Assembly (NCBI GenBank): GCA_002269645.1
Contig: NIVC01003989.1
Coordinates: forward strand, 2,146 to 66,145
Source of the DNA: Macrostomum lignano
Taxonomy: Eukaryota
Length of the DNA stretch: 64,000 nucleotides
Direction of reading: 5' to 3'
Part shown: in pieces, positions 26,551 through 36,975 of the stretch
How positions within the stretch are numbered: the first letter of the stretch is position 1
Layout: the number at the start of each line of letters is the position of its first letter
Program-made: the position numbers and the translations under genes
Notes under the pieces: generated by a model
Database searches by the model: none
Seen by the model: only the letters and a program-made list of their open reading frames with translations
Told to the model about the DNA's origin: nothing

Positions 26551-26581
26551 GCCGCAGCAGCAGCAGCAGCGGAATAATTAA
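26226..26581 (+). CDS. Small spliced RGG-box, CCHC zinc-knuckle, poly-Q protein (89 aa; exons 26226-26304 and 26391-26581)
   Basis: MKFTQNFFSGGGRRRGGRGGGHPRKP, a phase-1 intron (A|GTAAGT...TTAACAG|), then MACYLCGGGHPVARCPDLADMRL(Q)n..RNN*, a Cx2Cx3Hx4C knuckle. The spliced length of 270 nt is in frame. Confidence 0.72.
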
Positions 26582-26955
26582 ATTCAATTTGTTTGTGGAA
26601 TTAACTTGATATGATTTCTTGATTTTTTTATTTATGTGTTTGAGAATTTAAAGAATTCTAAATAAATAAAATAAATAATTCTGTTTACTGAATAAATAAG
26701 TGTTTCGTGTTGCTTTTTCTTACTCCTAAATGAAAATAAGAAACTTAACTGACACAGCTCATTGCTATGATCAATTTAGAACCTAAAATGAAGTTTTGGA
26801 GCTTAATTGAAAGTTTTTAACTAAACAAACATCCATATGAAAGTATGCAAAATAACATATTATAAATAAGGGAATTCAATGACAACTGATGAGTTTAATA
26901 ATTGCTTTGTGAATACTTACTTACAAAGACAGTAGAGATGATGAATTCGCAGATT

Positions 26956-28960
26956 GCTCCGCCAACAAGACAGTATCATTGCACAGTTCATTGCATTTGA
27001 CTGCAAGAATAATGGTGTCAATCCTACTGCTTGTTGGCTTGCTTTACTCTGCACTGCTGGTCAGAGGCATTCACTGGGGCAAGTTAAGTTCACGCACTCA
27101 ACGTCACACAAAAAGCTTAGCTATCACAAGTCTCTAGGTTTGCTGAAGCTGCTTCAAACCTCTCTCTCATGGCTGCATACCCTCAGTTTTAGAGTGGAAG
27201 AACCTCTGAATCGTGAAAAAGCAGCGAACACGTTATTTCAACCACAATCTCAAGGCCCATTGATATGCAGCCAACCTGCTATATATTCACCTAATATTTA
27301 CCTACATTAATTTCACTATTACTTATTAACTTTCATGGCACAACTAAATTGGGATCCGATTGTATCCGATCCTATTCTGGTTTGCCTTGATCCCAATTTA
27401 GTATGCAAGGATCCCAACTTAGTTATGCCAAATGATCCCAATTACGCTAAGCAATGATCTTAGTTCTGTTATGCAATGAACCCAATTAGGCTAAGCAATG
27501 ATCTAGGATTGATATATAAGATTCTGTGAATTTAGGATTGGGATCTAAGAGATTCTATGAATTTAGGATTGGGATCTAAGAGATTCTATGAATTTAGGAT
27601 TGGGATTTAAGAGATTCTATGAATTTAGGATTGGAATCTAATAGATTCTGTGAATTTAGCATTGGGATCTAAGAGATTCTGTGAATTTAGGATTGGGATC
27701 TAAGAGATTCTATGAATTTAGGATTGGGATCTAAGAGATTCTAAGAATTTAGGATTGGGATATAAGAGATTCTATGAATTTAGGATTGGGATCTAAGAGA
27801 TTCTCTGAATTTAGCATTGGGATCTAAGAGATTCTGTGAATTTAGGATTGGGATCTAAGAGATTCTAAGAATTTAGCATTGGGATCTAAGAGATTCTATG
27901 AATTTAGGATTGGGATCTAAGAGATTCTGTGAATTTAGGATTGTGATCTAAGAGATCCCATGAATTTAGGATTGGGATCTAAGAGATTCTATGAATTTAG
28001 GATTGGGATCTAAGAGATCCCATGAATTTAGGATTGGGATCTAAGAGACTCTGTGAATTTAGGATTGGGATCTAAGAGATTCTATGAATTTAGGATTGGG
28101 ATCTAATAGATTCAATGAGATTAGGATTGGGATCTAAGAGATTCAATGAATTTAGGATTGGGATATAAGAGATTCTGTGAATTTAGGATTGGGATCTAAG
28201 AGATTCTGTGAATTTAGGATTGGGATCTAAGAGATTCTGTGAATTTAGGATTGGGATCTAAGAGATTCAATGAATTTAGGATTGGGATCTAAGAGATTCT
28301 ATGAGATTAGGATTGGGATCTAAGAGATTCTATGAGATTAGGATTGGGATCTAAGAGATTCTATGAATTTAGGATTGGGATATAAGAGATTCTATGAATT
28401 TAGGATTGGGATCTAAGAGATTCTGTGAATTTAGGATTGGGATCTAAGAGATTCTATGAATTTAGGATTGGGATCAAAGAGATTCTGTGAATTTAGGATT
28501 GGGATCTAAGAGATTCTATGAATTTAGGATTGGGATATAAGAGATTCTATGAATTTAGGATTGGGATCTAAGAGATTCTGTGAATTTAGGATTGGGATTC
28601 AAGAGATTCTATGAATTTAGGATTGGAATCTAAGAGATTCTGTGAATTTAGCATTGGGATCTAAGAGATTCTATGAATTTAGCATTGGGATCTAAGAGAT
28701 TCTATGAATTTAGGATTGGGATCTGTTATGCTCAGTTCTGTTATGCAATGAACCCAATTTAGCTAATCATTTTGCCTAGGTAATCCCTGATCTCAATTCC
28801 ATTATGATCCCATCTAATTTGAATTTATTAGGTGAATAAAGCAGGATTTGCCTGATATGTCTCAGCGGGCCATTTACATATCAGGATAAACTACTTGTGA
28901 TCACTATTAAACACAGATACCAATGCGACACTCACAGACAAAATGACACAAGTAATACTC
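26956..28960. repeat. Copy 2 of the internal direct repeat block (3' of RepHel 2), including a ~1.2 kb 31-bp minisatellite at 27525-28722
   Basis: Same components and order as 21512-23965. Confidence 0.85.
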
Positions 28961-28984
28961 ACTTCAATGACGCCTGGAAATCGC

Positions 28985-31900
28985 CTAATCTCCAGTGAGC
29001 ACTTCTGGATACACCACGTTTCTGGTCTTGGTGCCACAGATCCGGACGCGAACATTCGCGGCGTTCTTCGCCCGTGACAGCGCCGTGTACAGCTGACCAT
29101 GAGTGAAGCAACCGACAGCCAGGTCAACTCCAACGGTCTCCAGGGATTGTCCTTGTGCTTTGTGTATTGTAAGGCAGAAGCTCGGCTTCACCGGAAACTG
29201 CAGCCGCTTGAAACTCACTGGTAGATCCGCATTGTTTGGAATCAGCGGAATTCGCGGCAGCAGGATCTCGTCTCCAGTGAACTGACCGGCGGCAATCTTG
29301 CAGCGCAGCACATTATCGCCCATCGTGAGAACGATGAGCCGTGTACCGTTGCACAGCCGCGGCGGGTTGATATTCCGAAGAAGCACCAGCGGCATGCCCA
29401 CCTTGATCCTGAGCAGATAAGTTGGAAAATTCGGGGCATCCAGCTGGTTTAGCAACTCTGTCGGGAAATGCGTAGCGGCCTCCTCATCAGCCAGGCTGTC
29501 TACAGAGCGATACTCTCGCAGGCAACCCGGGAAAATGCCCAGACACGTCTCGTTGATGGCATCAACAGAGTCGTTGTACGGCGCCAGTATCGCTCGACTT
29601 GCAAAATAGTCGTCCCGCTCCGCTGATTCTTCAAACGACGGGTACACGAACTTGATCAGGTCATTCAGCGGAGCCTCTGCAGAAATCACCATCTCAGCGG
29701 GAAGGGACACCTTCTCCTCAGCATCCTGCTCGATTGTCCCGGTTCCGATCTGTGAAAAGAAAAGCAATAAAAACATGAAACATAATATTCGCAATGATTC
29801 GCGAGAAAAAATGATTTTTACACCCCATTCTCACCTGCATGAGTAGCTCCGTGAACTTCTGGTACATCGCTGGCTCGGAGCTGCACAGCAGACGAATGTT
29901 TCTCGTCAAGCGATGTCGCTTGAAAAGTTTCCACAGCGAAGATCTGCAGACACACGCCATGACGCTGTTGGCGCGGGTTCCATTCACTACGACAGGCAGG
30001 AGCTGGCGGAAGTCACCGGAACACACCAGAGTGACTCCTCCAAATGGCTTGTCCTGCTTCCGAACGTCTCGCAGACACCTGTCCACGGATTCCAGATCCT
30101 TTCGATTGGTCATGGAGATCTCGTCCCAGACAATCAGCCGAACTCTACGAAACACTTCCGCTTGCTTGGACTGCGCGCCAACAGCGCAGACATCCTTGTT
30201 GGATCGGAGCAGCCGGACTGGGATCTTGAACCTAGAGTGAAGTTGTCATAGGTAGAATCGATTAGAAACGCGACTCTAAAATTCAGAAGCATTCCCCTAA
30301 TCTAAAAAACTTACGTGGAATGCGCAGTCTGTCCGCCTGGCAGCAGAGTCGCTGCGATTCCAGACGCCGCAACTGCCAGGGCGAGTTCACCGCGGCTGCG
30401 CACAAAGGCCAGCAAAACCTCCAGCAGGAAGGTCTTGCCAGTGCCAGCGGGCGCGTCCAGGAAGTGCAAACCGCCCGAGCCGGCCACAAGATCCGCAGTC
30501 ACCGACTCGTACACCGCAATCTGCTCCTCCGTCAGCATTGACAGTCTCGCTTCCCGGATCTCGGCCTGTTCAACCGGGTCGAACTGCATCGGTCCGACTT
30601 GAGGCGGCACGGAGGCCGCAGGCAAGCCGTACTCGGGCAGGCTGTGACCGCCCATGGAGGTCAGCATGCTCTGCAGCTCGCGCAGCGCCAGGTCGGTGAT
30701 TTCCTCAGCGCTCAGATCTCGGTGGTGAAACCGCAGGTCCTCGCACAGATCCTCGGCGAATGTGCACCACAGATCGCTGCCATCCTCAGGGTTGCCCCAA
30801 ATCAGAATGACAGCCAGCAGGTGCCTGAGAGCTCTCGGCATTCGCGACTGGACTGCCTCGGCTAGGCAGCGCCGCCAGTGGTCGTCTCGTTGCAGCAGAC
30901 CCAGGGCCGTGCAAGCAGCCTTGGCGCTGGGACACAGCACTCCGTCCACAGTGTGCAGCGCCTCGAAGCTGGTTGGCCCTCTAACCTGCAGGAGGAGCAT
31001 TCGCATATAAAACAGATCCCCTGCTCTCGGACTCACCGTGTACATTCGGGCAATGTTCGTGTTGTGCACAACACCAGGGTGGCCCTCAACTCTCGAACCC
31101 TTCTTGGCGCGGCGCCACTCCCTCTCGCTGTGGTGCCACACGAAGTAGGACGGCACCTCGGTGTACACCAGGCCTCTAGCGAATTCATCAGTGCGGCACA
31201 GCTTGAAGAAAGCCGTCAGCGTCGAATCTCTGGGCGCCCTGGCCTTTGTGCTCGCATTTTGCTCGTTGAAATACACGAGCTGCTCGTTAGACTTGTGCAC
31301 GCACAATCGGATCACAGCCGGAAATCTGTTGTGCACCTGTTGTGTTTTAGTTTAAAAACCATATCATTATTTTCCCATTCTTTGCTCCTAGCACTGCCTT
31401 GCAAACATCTATGACTTACTTCAAAGCCCAAGATGGTATTCACGGCTTCCATTGGGCCTATGTAGCGCGCCAGCAGATACTCCTTGATCTCATTTCGCCC
31501 CTCCTTCTTGGCTTGAGTCGGAGCCTTGCTAGCTGAACCTTCCTGTCGTTCGCCATCCGCAGCCTGCTCTCCTGGCCCGCTCGGCTTCTTGTTTGCCTCG
31601 AACTTGAACGACGCCATGTCGCCGCCTTTTAGCAAGTACTTGATCACGTACTTGACCGACTTGACGGTGGCACAAACTTCAAAGTTCATGTGGCATTCGA
31701 AAAGGAGCAGCAGGCCCGGGTTGTATGGTACAACCGACCTGTATTTGTGCCAGGAAAAGAATTGCTAATTAATGATTTATGTATTCTAGCAATGGTAAAT
31801 TAAACTTACAGTAAATAAACAATTTAGCAATATAAATAAACTAAACACAAGGCTAAACTAAGTACTTTGCTTTCGTATTAAAGAATCAACCTTTCAATCA

Positions 31901-34900
31901 AGTCTGAAAAAACACCAACACCTCCTCACTCACCTGTTGTCCATGCGAATGCTGCGGCCTTTGAATAGTTTGTCCACCGTAAATCCGCCCATCTCAGGGG
32001 ACAGCCTGCGATACAATGGGTAGCCAGTATCGCTGGTTAGGGTCGCCTGCTGGAACTCCTTCGGGAAGCCCTTGCTGCACTGGCCGTCCACCATGCACGG
32101 GCAGGCTGGATTTACCACGCCGCAGGGGCCATGGATCATGTGAGTCTTCACCAGCTCGTGCAGCCTCGGCTGCTGCTGTGGGTCCGGGATCTCAGCGGAC
32201 ACGATTTTGTCGTAGCGGTCCGGAGTCACTCTCTGTCCACTGACCAGCCAGAGCAGAAAGTGCACATGGGGGAGACCTGTGGAAGACATAAACAAGTGAT
32301 TCAAAGCGACGTATGAGTGATCACAATTTAGTCATGTAAATTAATTAAAATTCTAAACCAGCGTTTGCATCGTAGAGAAAGCGAAGTTTGAATCATGGAG
32401 AAACTGGAGTTTGAATCATGGCTAAACCAGAGCTTAATTCCGGTTTGCAATGACCCCTTGCATAAAAATATGGATTGCTAAACCTGGAATGCAATTACAG
32501 AATGAAAATTGAAAGCGCAATTTGCTAACTTACCGCGCTTCTGATATTCCAGAGAGCAAACATGCGCGGCCTCCTTTCCAAAGCGCTTCCTCAGCTCGGC
32601 AAGCAGAGCCTTCTTCTTCAGCTCGAAAACACGCGTGACAATATCCGGCCGGTCCTCAGGTCGCTGTCCAGGCAGCAGCTGTGCACTGATTTCCGGCCAC
32701 TTAGGGTTGCACGTCGCCGTGACAAACAGGTCCGGCTTGCCAAACTTTTGTACATAGGTCATGGCGTCTTGCAGCCTCTCCATCAGGTACCTTGGCCCGC
32801 CAACGAAGCTGGAGGACAGGAACACGTGCGCAGGCTTGCCAATATCAGTCGGATTTGTGTCGGTCGACCTGCCATCAGCAGCGAATAGAGCGTCTCGCAG
32901 ACCGCTGTACGTCTCACTGCGCAGATCGCTCTGATGGGTCCGCAGATAGAGCAGCCTCTCTGACTCAATCTTGGCGCACATGTCCACCAGGTACTGCTGG
33001 AACAGCCGCCGTCCGTGGTGCAGCAGGCTGCTATGGCCCGCTCGCACCATGATTTCGCTGGCATAGTACTTCATCGGCGTCAGCTTGCGGCCATTGCTCA
33101 TGCGCAGCTCCGGGTGCCAGCCGTCCTCGCCATGGGGGAACAGCAACACGTACTCCAGTGCATCATACGATCGGTGCGTTTTGCTAATCCTCTTGTAGCC
33201 GCCACCCCGCAGTTGAATGACAACATCTCGGCTAGTTGCTGGCTCATCACCGTCTTCAGGGGCCTCAGTGTCCTCAGTGTCCTTAACAATGAGGATGCCG
33301 ACCTCGTTTGCCGTGGGCAAATTGTAGCGCCTGATTTTGAACGGTAGTAACAAATGCTTTTAACAAAACTCTTTACAACGGTAAACATTCCTGTGTACAC
33401 AGGCACAAAGCTTTAAAAGACAGGTTTTAAAATGTGTTCGAATCCCTTTTCAGTTATTGTTAGCTCACCGAATGTGTTCCCAGAAGGTCTTCGGTCCGGG
33501 TGAATCACGATTCGCGCATCCACAAGCTCCGGATCCTCCATGATCCGCTGTGCTGCAGCCTTCAGGCTCCGAACGTAAAGGTTGCACTCGTGAAGCAACG
33601 TCTGTAGCAGCTCATGTAGCTCTGGCTTCACCCTATCGCTCAGACTCTGCTGGCTTTCGAGTTCGCGGTCAGTGAAGTACACCTGCCAGCCGCGAGGAAC
33701 AGCAGACGCTTCAGCAAACAGCGGCATAGCAGTGTGGTGCAGCTGACCGCTGATGATGTAGCTGGGATTCCAGCCTGGCACCAACCGCGGCTTGGCACTC
33801 AGCGAGGTCAGGTGCAGCACAGAGTTGTAGCTCCGGATGTTGGTCAGGAACTCTGAGCTCATGCCATGCCGGCCCATGTACAGGTCAGCCAGCAGCTGTG
33901 GCACAGTCCGGGTGGGCAGCTTCACCTTGCCGCCAGCACAGCAGAAATTGCCTGTCTCCATGCGGAACAGCTTGGCACCGCAATGGTTGCATGCCCAGTC
34001 CATTGGCCCGCAGTCATGGGCTGGAGCTTCTGGCCTCGCCATCGTCTCAGGCCTGATAATAAAAATGGAATGTATCTCTTAGTAACTGTTAAATGTAAAT
34101 GTAACTGTTCATTGTGTGTCAGTTTACCTTGCAGTAGCGGGTCCGTCTTCAGCGCGGCCCGCAGTCTCATGTTCCGCCGGCATCGCGCTGGGGCCCTTGG
34201 CCTTTTTGGCCCTCTTGGCAGGAGTTCTGCTTGCTGCCAGGCTTGGGAACTCAGCATCTGTAAAGGCTTGCAAAAGCTCTCGAAGTCTCAGTGACTCGTA
34301 ATGTTCATGGCGCAAAAGCACACGCACAATGGCATTAGGAGGGCGCAAATTAGCCCTGAAATATTGCATCACACTACCATTGGCCTGGTAAATGACCAGA
34401 TCCACATCAAAGCAGCGGCTCAACAAAGAGGCAACTTCATCTGAAACATAAATTCCTGCTTGAAAAGAGGAATTCACGATCTCATCAGCACTCTCAGGTG
34501 CAATGAGGCCATCTGCAATCAGCTGTGGCATGAGTTCTGCAACACGGCAAGACAAGTCCTGCCGCAGGGAGGCTGCGTCAGTTTCCAGCGGGGTTCCACG
34601 CAGCTGATCACACACAGCATAAAAAAAGCAATTGCCATCACCAACAATGGGGATTACCTGCAACTGCTCAAAGGGTACTATAGTTTCTGTACCTTGCTGC
34701 TGGGTGTCCGACCTAAGGGGCAATGGGTGAACGTAAGCACAGCAGCCTTAATTGGCTTTTTAAGACAATTCATTCCTCAAAAATCGTTATCCGCTTAATT
34801 TATACAGAATAAAATAGATACTACAAATTATCCCCTTCAAGGCAATTCAGAAAAAAACAAAAATAAAGACTTGTTATAAAAAGTTACTATACAACTCACC

Positions 34901-35309
34901 TAGAAACCACAGCTCCACGGCAACGAATCCGATCGGCTTCCAGTCGGGCAGCCCACTCTGCCTCAGTCTCAGCCTCTCTGCGCTGAGCGTCCCGCTGCCG
35001 CTGTTCTTCCAGTCGGGCAGCCCACTCTGCCTCAGTCTCAGCATCTCTGCGCTGAGCATTCCGCTGCCGCTGTTCTTCCAGTCGGGCAGCTCGCTCTGCC
35101 TCAGTCTCAGCATGTCTGCGCTGAGCATCCCGCTGCCGCTGTTCTTCCAGTCGGGCATCCCGCTCTGCCTCAGTCTCAGCATGTCTGCGCTGAGCATCCC
35201 GCTGCCGCTGTTCTTCCAGTCGGGCATCCCGCTCTGCCTCGGATTCTGCCTGTCGCCGTCGCTTGGCATCGCGGCTCTTCTTTAAACTGCTGGCGCCGCG
35301 TCGAACCAT
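28985..35309 (-). CDS. Helitron RepHel copy 2: STPR repeats-OTU cysteine protease-Zn finger-HUH Rep-PIF1 (SF1B) helicase, ~1740 aa; exons 35309-34900, 34712-34128, 34052-33469, 33330-32534, 32276-31934, 31738-31420, 31336-30315, 30231-29835, 29749-28985; one -1 frameshift at 33479-33481
   Basis: All 8 introns are GT-AG and phase-compatible once one G is restored in TCT GGG(G) AAC (copy 1 has four Gs: PSGEHIR). Motifs: 23-aa ETEAERDARL repeats; GDGNCFF...HEHYESL; CNHC...CCAGG; FVTATCNP; EYQKRGLPHVH; YVIKY; APAGTGKT; WDEISM; GDFRQLLPVV; LCNGTRL; TIHKAQGQSL; HGQLYTALSR. No endonuclease domain. Confidence 0.95.
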
Positions 35310-35794
35310 GATTGAGAAATGAGAAGTGAAATGAAATTAGTTCAGAAAGAATGATATGGTTTGAAAGATGAAAGTTTGTGAATTTGGATGTCTGAAGAAT
35401 CAGATAAGGTGCCCTTGAGCCAAACTATTACAGGCTATTTATCATCCAGTGGGCTGAATTGGAGCTTATCTTAAGACGCAGGGTAGAAACTGAAAAATCG
35501 ATAAAGAAGAAAGGGGTCTAAATCTAAAAAACCTATGATTTGGGGTGTGGGCTCTCCAGGCCCGTGTGTCCAAATTCCGGGGCAGAGGGCTCACAATGTA
35601 CACTGGTCTGCGCCAGCCAGTGAAAAAAACTGTGAATGTAATCTATTTATGACTGTCTCGCCAGTGGGGTTGATACAGCTATGTACTTTTGACATAGTGA
35701 AATTCTTATCAGAGTTACCAGTATCACTGATATCAGTGATATCATCAATATCAGTGATAATCAGTATCACTTTTAACAAAACTGGTTTTGCAAT

Positions 35795-36295
35795 GATTCA
35801 AACTCTGGTTTAGCCATGATTCAAACTCTGGTTTAGCCATGAGTCAGACTCTCGTTTAGCCATGATTCAAACTCTGGTTTTGCCATGATTCAAACTTTGG
35901 TTTAGCCATGATTCAAACTCTGGTTTAGTCATGATTCAAACGATGGTTTAGCCATGACTTAAACTCTGGTTTAGCCATGATTCAAACAATGGTTTAGCCA
36001 TGATTCAAACACTGGTTTTAGCCATGATTCAGACTCTGGTTTAGCCATGATTCAGACTCTGGTTTAGCCATGATTCAGACTCTGGTTTAGCCATGATTCA
36101 GACTCTGGTTTAGCCATGATTCAGACTCTGGTTTAGCCATGATTCAGACTCTGGTTTAGCCATGATTCAAACACTGGTTTTAGCCATGATTCAGACTCTG
36201 GTTTAGCCATGATTTAAACTCTGGTTTAGCCATGATTCAGACTCTGGTTTAGCCATGATTTAAACTCTGGTTTAGTCTGATTCAAGCTCTATTTT
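35795..36295. repeat. 23-bp minisatellite (AGCCATGATTCAGACTCTGGTTT), ~21 units, upstream of RepHel 2
   Basis: Direct tandem repeat with 23-nt period. Confidence 0.92.
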
Positions 36296-36975
36296 TGCAA
36301 TGATTCAAAGTCAGATAATATTTTATTTACGAAGTGAATGAAAAAAATAAATTTAAATAATCTTCAATCACTACTGGCTGAAATTTGACGCAGTGCAGAA
36401 TCGAACCCTAGCCGAGCCTATAACCAATTCCTAGTGCCTACACATCGGCTATTCCATCATCTACAGTAGCAGTCCAGTCTGTTCGCATCTTTCTTGGCTA
36501 TCTCTTTTCAATTGGAGAACATGAATTGTGGCCCTTATAATTCAATTCTTACAGCAAGTCAATTGGAGTAAAAAATTATGACATAATCAATTTCTCAGTC
36601 AGCCAGAATCAGTCTCAATTTAAGTTGGCAATATGGTTACGCAATTTCATTCAAGTTTTGTGTGCATTTGTTCGGCACTGTTTTCAACTTGTTGTGATGC
36701 AATCTTTATCACAATCGGAATTCAGTCAGTCAGTTTTTTCTCTAGCATTCTTACAATGCATTTCAGGTCGAAAGAGCTGCTTGACCTTTGCAAAAAATCA
36801 TGTTTTTCGAATATTTAATCCCTTTAACATTGAGCAATTTCTTAGCCAATATGCATGTACCGTCCCGGGAAAATTTCTGATCGAATGGTGCAAGTTTGAA
36901 GAAAATCGGTTGAGCCGTTCGGGAGAAAATCAATTACAAGCAAGCAACCAAGCATTTCATTTTTAGTATATTAGA

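Larger units (their letters stand above)
20109..36975 (-). mobile_element. Helitron A, complete autonomous-type element (~16.9 kb)
   Basis: 5' TCTAATATACTAAAAATGAAATG at 36975. 3' hairpin (20123-20139) plus CTAG at 20112-20109. Encloses RepHel 2, knuckle gene 2 and RPA-like 2. Confidence 0.88.

Noticed and set aside
33479-33481. Programmed ribosomal frameshift in RepHel 2
   Set aside because: There is no slippery heptamer, and the paralog has the extra base, so this is a mutation or sequencing error.
24000-35309. Host RPA1 and PIF1 genes
   Set aside because: They lie between Helitron TC and hairpin-CTAG termini. The helicase is fused to an HUH Rep, and the RPA lacks DBD-C/OB-F and is multicopy.
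20109-36975. Helentron/Helitron2 classification
   Set aside because: No AP endonuclease follows the helicase, and the termini are canonical TC...hairpin-CTAG rather than subterminal inverted repeats in TT sites.
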